The notes under the pieces: generated by a model
What the model was told of the DNA's origin: nothing
The model's input: only the letters and a program-made list of their open reading frames with translations
The model's database searches: none
Translations under genes and position numbers: made by a program
Assembly (NCBI GenBank): GCA_017652745.1
Contig: JAGCAK010000005.1
Coordinates: 16,202 to 80,201, forward strand
Length of the DNA stretch: 64,000 nucleotides
Reading direction: 5' to 3'
Origin: Lachnospiraceae bacterium
GTDB lineage: Bacteria; Bacillota; Clostridia; Lachnospirales; Lachnospiraceae
Shown: positions 1 through 9,566 of the stretch, one piece after another
Layout: each line of letters opens with the position of its first letter
Position numbering within the stretch: the first letter of the stretch is position 1

Positions 1-584
1 ATTACTTTTATTTCCGGCATGATTATGTAAAACAATCTGATTATCTGAAGAAAAACCCGATTCATCTGATATGGGTGTTTTTGATCGGGGTCCTGATGTC
101 GCATGCACTCAGCATCTTACTTTCTCTTTTGCCGTTGGATAATCTTCTGGGCAGTTACCAGACAGTGGAAAATGAGCTCTTTGGAGCCTCATGGATCTTT
201 GTCGTGATCCGTGCAGTAATAGTGACTCCGGTTGTGGAAGAACTTGTTTTCCGGGGACTTGTTTTCCGCAGGATGAAAGAATATACCAGCTTCTGGCCGG
301 CAGCCATTGTCAGCTCTGTCTTGTTTGGACTTTACCATATGAATCTGGTTCAGGGGATCTATGCCTTTCTGTTTGGCATTATCATCTGTCTTTTATATGA
401 CCGTTATGGACATTTGGCAGCAGCTATCATGGTCCATTTTGGCGCAAATCTTCTGTCAGTGATCCTGCAGTACGCAAACATTTCTTATCCGGCTTTATGG
501 GTTTATATTGTTGTCATGGTGGCTGCAATCATCGTTTCTGTGGCAATTTACCGATTCCTGATCAAAAAACCGGAGAAAAATTGA
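1..584 (+). CDS. CPBP family intramembrane glutamic endopeptidase (CAAX-protease-like); 5' end probably outside window
   Basis: Frame 3 is open from base 3 to the stop at 582-584. It carries EELVFRG, FGLYH and HFGAN motifs typical of the CPBP/Abi family and is very hydrophobic. Confidence 0.8.
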   Translation, partial: YFYFRHDYVKQSDYLKKNPIHLIWVFLIGVLMSHALSILLSLLPLDNLLGSYQTVENELFGASWIFVVIRAVIVTPVVEELVFRGLVFRRMKEYTSFWPAAIVSSVLFGLYHMNLVQGIYAFLFGIIICLLYDRYGHLAAAIMVHFGANLLSVILQYANISYPALWVYIVVMVAAIIVSVAIYRFLIKKPEKN

Positions 585-600
585 AAAACCCTACAAAAAA

Positions 601-629
601 TTGAAATTTTATTGTATGTTTTAGATAAT
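601..629 (+). promoter_or_regulatory. sigma-A type promoter candidate for the ACP-like gene
   Basis: TTGAAA (601-606), 17-nt spacer, GATAAT (624-629). An alternative extended -10, TGcTATACT, lies at 632-640. Confidence 0.4.
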
Positions 630-703
630 CATGCTATACTTTACCGAGTCCTGAAAAAAAGGAAAGCATTAACATTTTTATACATGAAAGGAGACCCTCA
701 CGC

Positions 704-952
704 ATGGAATTCAGAGAGGAAGTAATCAAGATTCTTATTGAAAAAGCAGCTAAAATGTTTGGTCTTGACCCTGCAACATTAGGGCCGGAAACAAGTTTTA
801 AAGATGATTTACAGTGTAAATCAGCAAATATCGTACAGTTCACAACTGCTCTTGAGGATGAATATGATATCGAAGTTCCGTATATGGAATCTAACAGAAA
901 AGCTACCTTCAAAGAAGCAGCAGATTATATTGCAGAACTTTGCGACGAATAA
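704..952 (+). CDS. acyl-carrier-protein-like (PP-binding) small protein with atypical Ser motif
   Basis: 82 aa, with RBS AAAGGAG upstream. It aligns by eye to ACP helix II (FKDDLQCKSANIVQFTTALEDEYDIEV versus [27 protein letters not shown]). The Ser is retained but DSL is replaced by KSA. Confidence 0.7.
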   Translation: MEFREEVIKILIEKAAKMFGLDPATLGPETSFKDDLQCKSANIVQFTTALEDEYDIEVPYMESNRKATFKEAADYIAELCDE

Positions 953-967
953 TTATCATGGAAAGAT

Positions 968-1005
968 ACCACTCCCGCTTATGCGGGGGTGGTAATATTT
1001 TTTTT
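968..1005 (+). terminator. Rho-independent terminator after the ACP-like gene
   Basis: 11-bp GC-rich stem ACCACTCCCGC / GCGGGGGTGGT with a TTAT loop, followed by a T8 run. Confidence 0.8.
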
Positions 1006-1018
1006 AGGAGAAATAATT

Positions 1019-2020
1019 ATGGACTTAATGGAAATGATTTTTGAAAAGGCAAAAGCAAATCCACAGAGAGTTGCTTTTCCGGAAGCTACAGAAGAGAAGA
1101 TGCTTCAGGCAGCTTACGAAGCACATACAAAAGGATACTGCAAAGCAACGCTGGTTGGTGATCCTGCTGAGATCAAAGCCGCAGCAGAAGGTTTTGGTAT
1201 TGATATCAGCAGCATGGATATCTATGACAATACAGATGCAGAACAGAACGCAGCTGCCTTTGAAAAGTATGTGGCAGAGTATTCCGATATGCTGAGCATC
1301 AAGTCCCTGACCCGGAAAAGCAAAGATCCAATGTATACTGCCATGGTACAGCAGTGCCTGGGTATGTTTGATGTTACATTTGCAGGACTGACTCATACGA
1401 CGGGTGATGTGATCCTTGCGGCTACTACGATCATTGGATTAAAGGATGGCATTGATACTCCTTCTTCCACCGGTTTATTTGTCATTCCGGGATATGAAGG
1501 AAGTGAAGGACAGTATCTGCTGTTTGGCGACAGTGCTGTCTGCACCAAACCGTCTCCTGCTGAAAGAGCATCCATCGCTATCTCCGCCTGCGAGACTGTT
1601 AAAGGTCTGCTTGGGTGGGAACCAAGATGCGCAATGCTTTCTTTCTCCACCGACGGAAGTATGGAAGGTGAAATGGTAGATGATATCCGTGAATCTGTCC
1701 GTATCGCAAACGAAAGAAGACCGGAACTGGCTATCGACGGAGAATTCCAGCTGGATGCTGCTATTGATCCAAATGTCGCAGCCAAGAAAGTCAAGAGAGA
1801 ATCCAAAGTAGCAGGCAAAGCCAATATTATTATCTGGCCGGATATCAATGTAGGTAATATCGGCGTGAAGCTGGTACAGTTTTTTGCAAAAGCAGACGCA
1901 CCGGGACCATTCTTGCAGGGATTTAAGAAGATCGCTTCTGACTGCTCACGTTCCGCTCCGGTTTCCGAGCTGGTAGGCAATATTGCAATGTGTGTTGTGC
2001 GTGCAGCAAATGAGGGATAA
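1019..2020 (+). CDS. pta: phosphate acetyltransferase (PTA_PTB family)
   Basis: Start moved to the ATG at 1019, behind AGGAG at 1006-1010. Family motifs are VAFPEATEEKML, DGEFQLDAA, NIIIWPDINVGNIGVKL and GPFLQG. About 333 aa. A butyryl or other acyl specificity cannot be excluded. Confidence 0.85.
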   Translation: MDLMEMIFEKAKANPQRVAFPEATEEKMLQAAYEAHTKGYCKATLVGDPAEIKAAAEGFGIDISSMDIYDNTDAEQNAAAFEKYVAEYSDMLSIKSLTRKSKDPMYTAMVQQCLGMFDVTFAGLTHTTGDVILAATTIIGLKDGIDTPSSTGLFVIPGYEGSEGQYLLFGDSAVCTKPSPAERASIAISACETVKGLLGWEPRCAMLSFSTDGSMEGEMVDDIRESVRIANERRPELAIDGEFQLDAAIDPNVAAKKVKRESKVAGKANIIIWPDINVGNIGVKLVQFFAKADAPGPFLQGFKKIASDCSRSAPVSELVGNIAMCVVRAANEG

Positions 2021-2023
2021 AAA

Positions 2024-2755
2024 GTGAGAGATTATCAGGAAGAATTTGATAAACGAGTTGCATGGATCAGAAATCTGGTGGAAAGTGCAGGCTGCAAAGG
2101 AATTATTTATGGTAATTCCGGAGGGAAAGACAGCGCACTGGTTGGGATCCTTTGTAAGGCCGCTTGTGATAATACTGTTGGAATTATTATGCCGTGTGCA
2201 TCCAAACGGAATTATCAGGAAGACATGAAAGACGGGATAGAGGTGGCAGAGCAGTTTCATATTGAATACCGCGTCGTGGATCTGACAAAAGTCCGGGAAA
2301 CACTTCTGGAAGAAGCGAAGAAAGCAGCAGATGTTCTGACAGATGCAGCAATCTCTAACATCGCACCGCGTCTCCGCATGACGACTCTTTATGCGATCGG
2401 GCAGAGCGAGGGACGACTGGTTGCCGGCACCGGAAACGCCGATGAACTTTATGTTGGTTACTATACCAAGTATGGTGACGGCGGTGTAGACTTCAATCCG
2501 ATTGGCGATCTGAATGTCAGTGAAGTTTATGAATTTCTTGCCTGGCTGGATGCACCGGAAAACATCCGGACAAAGGCACCGTCTGCCGGCTTATTTGACG
2601 GCCAGACGGATGAATCGGAAATGGGCATCAAGTATGATGAGATCGATGAGTTCCTGACGACCGGAAAAACGAATCCAAAGGCGCAGGAGAAGATCGAACG
2701 GATGCATGAGAGAAGTGAGCATAAACGGATCGGTGTCCGGTTCTTTCCAAATTGA
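2024..2755 (+). CDS. nadE: NH3-dependent NAD+ synthetase
   Basis: GTG start behind GAGGGA. It has the PP-loop SGGKDS and downstream NadE-like motifs (RMTTLY, GTGNADE, YYTKYGDGG). Confidence 0.9.
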   Translation: MRDYQEEFDKRVAWIRNLVESAGCKGIIYGNSGGKDSALVGILCKAACDNTVGIIMPCASKRNYQEDMKDGIEVAEQFHIEYRVVDLTKVRETLLEEAKKAADVLTDAAISNIAPRLRMTTLYAIGQSEGRLVAGTGNADELYVGYYTKYGDGGVDFNPIGDLNVSEVYEFLAWLDAPENIRTKAPSAGLFDGQTDESEMGIKYDEIDEFLTTGKTNPKAQEKIERMHERSEHKRIGVRFFPN

Positions 2756-2773
2756 TAAGCATGAATGTATGAA

Positions 2774-2808
2774 AAAAGCTGTCACAGAATTCTGCGACAG
2801 CTTTTTTT
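2774..2808. terminator. bidirectional terminator hairpin (nadE / tRNA-Met)
   Basis: AAAAGCTGTC(A)CAGAAT / TCTG(C)GACAGCTTTT stem, flanked by an A-run on the left and a T-run on the right. Confidence 0.75.
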
Positions 2809-2810
2809 AG

Positions 2811-2884
2811 TAGCGGGAACTGGATTTGAACCAGCGACACTTCGGGTATGAACCGAATGCTCTAGCCAACTGAGCTATCCCGCC
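2811..2884 (-). tRNA. tRNA-Met (anticodon CAT), elongator-like; a lysidine-modified tRNA-Ile2 cannot be excluded
   Basis: A 74-nt cloverleaf was drawn by hand: acceptor GGCGGGA/TCCCGCT (G1-U72), D arm GCTC..GAGC, anticodon arm TTCGG-TTCATAC-CCGAA, T arm GCTGG-TTCAAAT-CCAGT. It lacks the 3 G-C pairs expected of an initiator. Confidence 0.85.
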
Positions 2885-2920
2885 ATAGACAAGAAAGATT
2901 TCTTTCAGTCGTGCTTTGCT

Positions 2921-2948
2921 ATTATAGCACAACAAAAGCGGATTTCAA
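2921..2948 (-). promoter_or_regulatory. promoter candidate for tRNA-Met
   Basis: The minus strand reads TTGAAA-16 nt-TATAAT about 35 nt upstream of the tRNA 5' end. Confidence 0.5.
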
Positions 2949-2960
2949 CAATTATTTTGT

Positions 2961-3860
2961 TCATTTCTGTAAATAGGCATCGATCGCGCTTAGAACACGT
3001 TCATCTGTGGTCAGATCTCCGTGGGAGATATCCGGAAAGGAGAGGATATCCGGTTCATTCGAAAAATGCTTGCTTAACGCGATAGAGTATTTTACAGGAA
3101 TACGCTGATCTGCTTCGGAATATATGATAAGAGGCTGGATGGATACCTCCTGCGCATATTCTCCTGTATCCATTCTGAAAGAGATCAGCAGTTTCATCGG
3201 GCCGTAGAAGACAGGCGTCACACTGTTGTAAAGGTCAAAGACAGATTCATAAGGAGCCAGAAGGATCAATCCGTCCGCTTCATATAATGAAGCTGTATAA
3301 GTGGCAGGGCCGCTGCCAAATGAATACCCCATCAGATAAATGCGGCGGACATTATCTTTGGCACGGAAATAGCGGAAGATGGCAGCAGAAGCACTGCGGA
3401 TATTATCATCCGTCGGCCTGCCTTCTGAAGTGCCAAAGCCCGGCCAGTCCACAACAGCAATATCGTAGCCCTTAAAATGATCCTCGTCTGTCATCTGCTT
3501 CAGAAAACGCAGTGCTGCTGTAGCACTATCCTCATTATAGCCGCCAAAATACAGGAGAAGGTCTACTTTATTGCTGTCTGTATGGCTGTTCTGATGGAGA
3601 TGCCAGCCGCGCAGATCTCCCGTGCCGGACGGAATCTTAATGTCTTCCACTAAAGGAATATTGAGTGCCTGTTTTTCTGCAAACAGTTCTTCCAGTTCAA
3701 TCAGCTGCAGCTCAGAAGCGGCTTCATCATTAAAAGAAGGCCGCACGATCACATGCGGTGTCACCAGATAAGTGACAAGGCAGTAAATGATCAGTACTGC
3801 TATTATGATTACCGGAATTAACCATCTGCGTCTCTGCTTCATAGATGGTATTATACACAA
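2961..3860 (-). CDS. alpha/beta hydrolase with N-terminal membrane anchor
   Basis: Nucleophile elbow GYSFGSG and a hydrophobic N-terminus (WLIPVIIIAVLIIYCLV). The start is ambiguous between TTG at 3860 and ATG at 3842. Confidence 0.8.
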   Translation of the reverse strand: MCIIPSMKQRRRWLIPVIIIAVLIIYCLVTYLVTPHVIVRPSFNDEAASELQLIELEELFAEKQALNIPLVEDIKIPSGTGDLRGWHLHQNSHTDSNKVDLLLYFGGYNEDSATAALRFLKQMTDEDHFKGYDIAVVDWPGFGTSEGRPTDDNIRSASAAIFRYFRAKDNVRRIYLMGYSFGSGPATYTASLYEADGLILLAPYESVFDLYNSVTPVFYGPMKLLISFRMDTGEYAQEVSIQPLIIYSEADQRIPVKYSIALSKHFSNEPDILSFPDISHGDLTTDERVLSAIDAYLQK

Positions 3861-3925
3861 AAAAGAAAAAAGGTGTATAATGCCCCCAAAGGCCTTCCCA
3901 AAACGGGATGCGGACAGGAGAAATT

Positions 3926-4396
3926 ATGAGGATCGGACAGGGATATGATGTTCATCGTCTGAAAGAAGGACGAAAGCTGATCATTGGCGGGGTGGAAATC
4001 CCACATGAAAAAGGGTTAGACGGACACTCAGACGCAGATGTTCTTCTGCATGCCATTATGGATGCCATGCTTGGTGCGGCAGCACTGGGAGATATCGGGC
4101 TGCTTTTTCCGGATACAGATGAGCAGTTTGCAGGTGCAGACAGCATGAAACTGCTTCAGAAGGTAGGAGAGGTCCTGGGTGAAAAAGGGTATTCCATCTG
4201 TAATATTGATGCGACTGTCATCGCGCAGGAACCGAAGCTTAGACCTTATATTGACACCATGCGGAAGAATATAGCAGAAGCGCTCAAAGTGGATGTCTCT
4301 CAGGTGAGCGTGAAAGCTACAACCGAAGAGCATTTGGGCTTTACCGGCCGCAAGGAAGGTATTGCTGCACAGGCTATCGTATTGATTGACTTCTAG
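3926..4396 (+). CDS. ispF: 2-C-methyl-D-erythritol 2,4-cyclodiphosphate synthase
   Basis: Start at the ATG at 3926, behind AGGAG. Motifs are [12 protein letters not shown] and [10 protein letters not shown]. Confidence 0.95.
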   Translation: MRIGQGYDVHRLKEGRKLIIGGVEIPHEKGLDGHSDADVLLHAIMDAMLGAAALGDIGLLFPDTDEQFAGADSMKLLQKVGEVLGEKGYSICNIDATVIAQEPKLRPYIDTMRKNIAEALKVDVSQVSVKATTEEHLGFTGRKEGIAAQAIVLIDF

Positions 4397-4463
4397 AGGT
4401 TTTTTGTTACACTTTATAAAGTATGTAAATAACAGCGTATTGCTGCATAACAGAGGATAAACA

Positions 4464-5870
4464 ATGAGGATTTATAACACGTTAACTGCCAGAAAAGAAG
4501 AATTAGTGCCGATCGAAGAGGGGAAGATCAAGATGTACGTCTGCGGACCGACCGTCTATAATCTGATCCATATCGGAAATGCCCGTCCAATGATCGTTTT
4601 TGATACCTTCCGCCGTTATATGGAATATAAAGGTTATGATGTGACCTATGTATCCAATTTTACGGATGTGGATGACAAGATCATCAATAAAGCGATGGAG
4701 GAAGGTGTAGATTCTTCTGTCATCTCAGAACGGTATATTGAGGAATGCAAAAAAGATATGGCCGGCATGAATGTAAAGCCGGCAACATATGCTCCAAAAG
4801 CAACAGAAGAGATTGGCGGAATGCTGGAAATGATCCAGACGCTGATAGACAAAGGCTTTGCTTATGAATCAAACGGAACCGTTTATTTCCGCACCCGGAA
4901 ATTCCAGGGATATGGAAAGTTGTCCAAAAAGAATCTGGATGACATGCAGTCCGGACATCGTGAGATCAAGGTGACCGGAGAAGAAGAGAAAGAAGATCCG
5001 GCAGATTTTGTCCTCTGGAAGCCAAAAAAAGAGGGTGAGCCAAGCTGGCAGAGCCCGTGGTCTGACGGCAGACCGGGATGGCATATCGAATGCAGTGTCA
5101 TGAGTAAAAAATACCTTGGCAATACGATCGATATCCATGCAGGCGGAGAAGATCTGATCTTCCCGCATCATGAAAATGAGATCGCACAGAGTGAAGCTGC
5201 AAACGGCTGCATCTTCTCCAATTACTGGATGCATAATGCCTTTTTGAATATTAACGGAAGCAAAATGAGCAAGAGTCTCGGTAATTTCTTTACAGTTCGG
5301 GACATTGCTGCAAAATATGATCTTCAGGTGCTTCGCTTCTTTATGCTGAGTGCTCATTACAGAAGCCCGCTTAACTTTTCGGATGAGCTGATGGAGGCTG
5401 CAAAAGCCGGTCTGGAGCGTATTATCAACGCAAAGAAAAAACTGGACTATGCGGAGCAGCACGCAGAAGGCAGATCATTCTTCTTTGATGAGGGAGAAGA
5501 TCAGGACTTCGGAGCTGATTATCTGGCTAAATTTGAAGCAGCCATGGAAGATGACTGCAATACAGCCGATGCGATTGCGGCGGTCTTTGAATATGTCAGA
5601 GCAATCAACAGTACCATTACGGATACGTCATCTACTGCACTGGCAGAGCTGGCGGAAAAACGTCTGGTCACTATGTGTGATATCTTAGGTATTATTCTGG
5701 ATAAGGAAGAGGAAGCTCTGGATGCGGAGATCGAGCAGCTGATCGCACAGCGCCAGGAGGCCAGAAAAGCAAAAGATTTTGCACTGGCAGACAAGATCCG
5801 TGACAAGATCACAGCCATGGGTATTGTTCTGGAAGACACCAGAGAAGGAGTTAAATGGCACAGGAAATAA
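4464..5870 (+). CDS. cysS: cysteine--tRNA ligase
   Basis: Class I motifs HIGN and KMSKS, 468 aa. Confidence 0.95.
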   Translation: MRIYNTLTARKEELVPIEEGKIKMYVCGPTVYNLIHIGNARPMIVFDTFRRYMEYKGYDVTYVSNFTDVDDKIINKAMEEGVDSSVISERYIEECKKDMAGMNVKPATYAPKATEEIGGMLEMIQTLIDKGFAYESNGTVYFRTRKFQGYGKLSKKNLDDMQSGHREIKVTGEEEKEDPADFVLWKPKKEGEPSWQSPWSDGRPGWHIECSVMSKKYLGNTIDIHAGGEDLIFPHHENEIAQSEAANGCIFSNYWMHNAFLNINGSKMSKSLGNFFTVRDIAAKYDLQVLRFFMLSAHYRSPLNFSDELMEAAKAGLERIINAKKKLDYAEQHAEGRSFFFDEGEDQDFGADYLAKFEAAMEDDCNTADAIAAVFEYVRAINSTITDTSSTALAELAEKRLVTMCDILGIILDKEEEALDAEIEQLIAQRQEARKAKDFALADKIRDKITAMGIVLEDTREGVKWHRK

Positions 5871-6265
5871 AGGACATTGCTTCGCTGAATCTGGCATTTC
5901 TTGGAGATGCTGTGTATGAACTGATCCTCAGGGAATATGTGGTCAGGAATTATAAAGGCAATGTGAATGCTTTAAATAAGAAGACGACCGCATATTCCAA
6001 AGCGGTGACACAGGCACGGATCTCGGATATCCTTCTGGGCAAAACAGAAGACGGTTCCTGCTTTCTGAGCGAAGAAGAGCAGACCGTTTTCAGACGCGGC
6101 AGGAACTCTAAAAGTGTTTCCATTCCAAAGAGCTGTACGCCTTCCGAATACCGCAAAGCAACCGGCTTTGAGACGCTGGTCGGTTATTTATATCTGCAGG
6201 ATCGGAAAGAGCGGATCATGGAGATCGTTACTTATGGAATCGACAAATACAAAGAAAACAAATAA
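5855..6265 (+). CDS. mrnC: Mini-ribonuclease 3
   Basis: AFLGDAVYELILREY motif, and the cysS-mrnC-rlmB synteny seen in Bacillus. Confidence 0.9.
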   Translation: MAQEIKDIASLNLAFLGDAVYELILREYVVRNYKGNVNALNKKTTAYSKAVTQARISDILLGKTEDGSCFLSEEEQTVFRRGRNSKSVSIPKSCTPSEYRKATGFETLVGYLYLQDRKERIMEIVTYGIDKYKENK

Positions 6266-7013
6266 AGAAAAGCAGTATGAGCTGATGGTGGAAGGCAGAA
6301 ATCCGGTTACCGAGGCTCTGAAAACGAATGAAAATATAGATAAACTTTATGTACAGGAGGGCGTTCATAACGGCCCTCTTGTGACGATTATCGCCATGGC
6401 AAAGCAAAAGGGCATCCTTGTGGTAGCAGTGCCAAAAGAAAAACTGGATGCCATGAGTGAAACAGGTCATCATCAGGGCGTTATTTTGAACCTTTCGGCG
6501 GTCAAATATGCAGAAGTGGACGATATCCTGAAGAAGGCAGAAGAAAAGAATGAGAAACCATTCGTATTTATTCTGGATGGAATAGAAGATCCGCATAATC
6601 TTGGCGCGATCATCCGGAGCGCGAATCTGGCCGGAGCACATGGCGTGATCATTCCGAAGCATCGTGCTGCAACCGTCAATGCTACAGTTGCAAAAGCCAG
6701 TGCAGGTGCCGTTTACCATACATTGCTGGCAAAAGTTACTAATATTGCCCAGACGATCGATTATCTGAAAGAGAAAGGTCTCTGGTTTGCCTGTGCGGAT
6801 ATGGACGGGGTTCCGATGTATGATGCCAATCTGAAGGGAGCGATCGGCATCGTGATCGGTAATGAAGGCAAGGGCGTCAGCCGGATCGTAAAAGAAAAAT
6901 GTGATTTTACTGTCTCAATCCCGATGAAAGGAGATATCGATTCCCTGAATGCATCTGTGGCGGCCGGCATCCTGGCTTGGGAGGTCGTACGGCAGAATCG
7001 GCCGGCATTCTGA
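6234..7013 (+). CDS. rlmB: 23S rRNA (guanosine-2'-O)-methyltransferase, SpoU/TrmH family
   Basis: EGRNPVTEAL N-terminal domain; SpoU motifs GNEGKGVS and IPMKGDIDSLNASVAAGI. The start at 6234 is chosen because GGAGA lies 9 nt upstream; 6285 is also possible. Confidence 0.85.
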   Translation: MESTNTKKTNKEKQYELMVEGRNPVTEALKTNENIDKLYVQEGVHNGPLVTIIAMAKQKGILVVAVPKEKLDAMSETGHHQGVILNLSAVKYAEVDDILKKAEEKNEKPFVFILDGIEDPHNLGAIIRSANLAGAHGVIIPKHRAATVNATVAKASAGAVYHTLLAKVTNIAQTIDYLKEKGLWFACADMDGVPMYDANLKGAIGIVIGNEGKGVSRIVKEKCDFTVSIPMKGDIDSLNASVAAGILAWEVVRQNRPAF

Positions 7014-7019
7014 TTTATC

Positions 7020-7616
7020 ATGCAAAAATCACCATTAGAAAAATTAAAACTTTATCTTTCCATCTATTGGACGATGTTTAAGATTGGCATCACCACTTTC
7101 GGAGGTGGTTATGCCATGATTGCTGTTTTTGACAAAGAACTCGGCGAACGGAAAAAATGGATAGATCAGGAAGAGCTTCTGGATTATCTTGCTATCTCCC
7201 AGATCACTCCCGGTGTAATAGCGGTAAATGTCGCCACTTTTGTCGGACGGAAAAAAGCAGGTATTCTTGGAGCCGTTTTTGGAACACTGGGTGTTGTGAC
7301 ACCGTCTTTGATCATCATCACGATCATTGCAGCCCTTCTTACGAATTTCGCTGGAAATGAATATGTCATGCATGCCTTTGCAGGAATCCGTATCTGTGTA
7401 TGTGTTCTGATCATCAATGCAACGATACGGTTTATCAAGCAGACGGTTGTAGATGTATTGACCCTGGCCACCTTTCTCTGTGTGTTCCTGGTTGCTGCAT
7501 TTACCAGGGTGTCTACAGTATATATCGTGCTCTTTATCATCCTGGTCAGCATTGTTTTTACGATCATTAAGGGAATATCGGACAAAAAGAAACATGACGG
7601 AGGTGCAAAATGTTAG
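7020..7616 (+). CDS. chromate transporter family protein (short-chain CHR, first of pair)
   Basis: TFGGGYAMIA motif, polytopic, 198 aa, overlaps its partner gene. Confidence 0.8.
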   Translation: MQKSPLEKLKLYLSIYWTMFKIGITTFGGGYAMIAVFDKELGERKKWIDQEELLDYLAISQITPGVIAVNVATFVGRKKAGILGAVFGTLGVVTPSLIIITIIAALLTNFAGNEYVMHAFAGIRICVCVLIINATIRFIKQTVVDVLTLATFLCVFLVAAFTRVSTVYIVLFIILVSIVFTIIKGISDKKKHDGGAKC

Positions 7617-8191
7617 ACCTTCTGATCATGTGTCTGCAATTTATGAAAACGGGTCTGTTTGCTGTTGGCGGAGGCCTTGCAACGATCCCGTTTCTATATG
7701 AACTGAGTGACAAGTACGAGTGGTTCTCGCACAGTGATATTTTGAATTTCATTGCGGTGGCAGAAGCAACGCCAGGACCAGTAGGGGTTAACATGGCGAC
7801 CTTTGCCGGATTTACGACACATGGAGTCGGTGGCGCGATCCTTTCTACCTTGTCTCTGATCCTGCCTTCATTTGTTGTTATCTTGATCGTGTCGACTATC
7901 CTGCAGAAATTCAGGGATAACCGTTTTGTGACACAGGGATTCCACTTCTTAAGGCCGGCATCAACGGCCCTAATCGGAGCTGCCGGACTGCGGGTCCTTT
8001 TGATCGTCTTTTTTGATGTGGAGAAAGTCACATTCGATATGTTCGGTCATCTGGGTCAGGTATTCACCCATATTAACTGGACGGCCATCATTGTCTTTTG
8101 TGTTATGTTTTTCCTTATGAAGACATTCAAAGGACATACCGTGATCTATATTCTGATCGCGGCTGCGCTCGGGATACTGCTGAAACTTTAA
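7610..8191 (+). CDS. chromate transporter family protein (short-chain CHR, second of pair)
   Basis: AVGGGLATIPF motif, polytopic, 193 aa. Confidence 0.8.
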   Translation: MLDLLIMCLQFMKTGLFAVGGGLATIPFLYELSDKYEWFSHSDILNFIAVAEATPGPVGVNMATFAGFTTHGVGGAILSTLSLILPSFVVILIVSTILQKFRDNRFVTQGFHFLRPASTALIGAAGLRVLLIVFFDVEKVTFDMFGHLGQVFTHINWTAIIVFCVMFFLMKTFKGHTVIYILIAAALGILLKL

Positions 8192-8298
8192 AAAATAAGA
8201 ATCGTAATTTTTAGGTGGAAATCAGAGACGAAAAGGACTACAATAGAACAGGAAAAAAGCGGATATCCCGCGATTAGATATTATAGGAGGGTTTTACA

Positions 8299-8655
8299 AT
8301 GGCTGGTTACAAAATCACAAAAAAAGACGGTTACTATACCTATACGGCACCTGGACACAATGAGTGCAAGTGCACAAGACTTCATGATCCACAGGATGTT
8401 GACGGCGGTCGCCTGATTAATGGATTAACTCATTTCCTTCCAGCAGGTGGCGGCACAGAGTTTGCATCTAATACTTCTGAGTCCATTTACTACATCCTTC
8501 ATGGAACAATGAAATTCAAAGGCGAAGATGGTGTTGAGACTATTCTGGAAGCTGGCGACAGTGTTCATATTGCAGCTGGTTCACCGAAATGCGTAACAAA
8601 TATCGGCCCTGACACAGCTCAGATGCTGGTTGTTCTTCTGCCTGCACAGCAGTAA
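8299..8655 (+). CDS. cupin domain protein
   Basis: 118 aa, RBS AGGAGG. Cupin-like beta-barrel pattern (HFLPAGGGTEF ... YILHGTM ... AGDSVHIAAGSP). Confidence 0.7.
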   Translation: MAGYKITKKDGYYTYTAPGHNECKCTRLHDPQDVDGGRLINGLTHFLPAGGGTEFASNTSESIYYILHGTMKFKGEDGVETILEAGDSVHIAAGSPKCVTNIGPDTAQMLVVLLPAQQ

Positions 8656-8678
8656 GAGTATACTAAAACGAATCTTTC

Positions 8679-8709
8679 AAAGGCTGCCTTTGTGGCAGCC
8701 TTTGTTTTT
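8679..8709 (+). terminator. Rho-independent terminator
   Basis: AAAGGCTGCC / GGCAGCCTTT stem followed by GTTTTT. Confidence 0.75.
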
Positions 8710-8732
8710 CGGGAACAAAGAGGACCAGTAGA

Positions 8733-9542
8733 ATGAAGATCATTATACTGACGGAAAATACTGAAGGTGTTCCGGGAACGAAAGCGGAACATGGACTGTC
8801 TGTTTATGTAGAAACAAAACAGCATATCCTGCTGTCCGATACAGGCGCTTCCGATGCACTGATCATAAATGCCAGCGTGATGGGAATTGACCTGAAAAAG
8901 GTGGATACTGTAATTTTAAGCCATGGACATTATGACCACTGCGGAGGGGTGCTTCCTTTTTCCGATATCAATAACAAGGCAGATATTTATATCCGTGAAG
9001 GAGCTGACGGTTCATTTTATGACAGCGCAGGAAAGTACATCGGCATCGATAAAAGGATCATGAGTCTGCCAAACCTTCATATTGTAAGCGGGGATGAACA
9101 GATCGATGAAGAATTGTTCCTTTTTGGGGATGTGAAAGGAACAAAACTATTTCCGTTTGGAAATGTGAGGATCCTGAAAGAGGAGAATGGTGTCCGCATT
9201 CCGGATACTTTTGAGCATGAACAGAATCTGGTCATCTATGAGAAAGGAAAAAGAGTCCTGATCTCCGGATGTGCGCACTGCGGCATAGTGAATATCCTGG
9301 ACCGATTTTATGATATTTTCGGCACAGATCCGGACGCCGTCATTACAGGTTTCCATCTGATGAAAAAGACGGCATATCAGGAAGATGAGATTGTCCTGAT
9401 AAAACAAACCGCCTTAGACCTGAAAAAAAGGAAAACCCTTTATTATTCCGGCCATTGCACCGGGGATGCAGTGACCTGCCTGAAAGAGATCCTGGGTGAT
9501 CAGCTGCAGCTGATGTATACCGGGCTTCAAATACAAATCTAA
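8733..9542 (+). CDS. MBL-fold metallo-hydrolase
   Basis: HGHYDHCGG (HxHxDH) motif, 269 aa. Confidence 0.85.
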   Translation: MKIIILTENTEGVPGTKAEHGLSVYVETKQHILLSDTGASDALIINASVMGIDLKKVDTVILSHGHYDHCGGVLPFSDINNKADIYIREGADGSFYDSAGKYIGIDKRIMSLPNLHIVSGDEQIDEELFLFGDVKGTKLFPFGNVRILKEENGVRIPDTFEHEQNLVIYEKGKRVLISGCAHCGIVNILDRFYDIFGTDPDAVITGFHLMKKTAYQEDEIVLIKQTALDLKKRKTLYYSGHCTGDAVTCLKEILGDQLQLMYTGLQIQI

Positions 9543-9566
9543 TATAACGGAATACGGAGACATAAA

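Noticed and set aside
3842-3875. A possible leaderless start for the alpha/beta hydrolase (TATAAT-like sequence 6 nt upstream of the ATG at 3842 on the minus strand).
   Set aside because: It rests on a single -10-like hexamer that is also inside the alternative TTG-initiated reading frame, and it cannot be resolved without TSS data.
4397-4463. A T-box or other leader upstream of cysS.
   Set aside because: There are only 67 nt between ispF and cysS, which is too short for a T-box. No specifier or antiterminator structure is visible.
6114-6233. An upstream start (6114) for rlmB, giving a 299-aa protein that overlaps mrnC by 150 nt.
   Set aside because: The extension is an out-of-frame read of the mrnC coding sequence. 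GGAGA lies 9 nt before the ATG at 6234, and from that start the N-terminus resembles RlmB/YacO.
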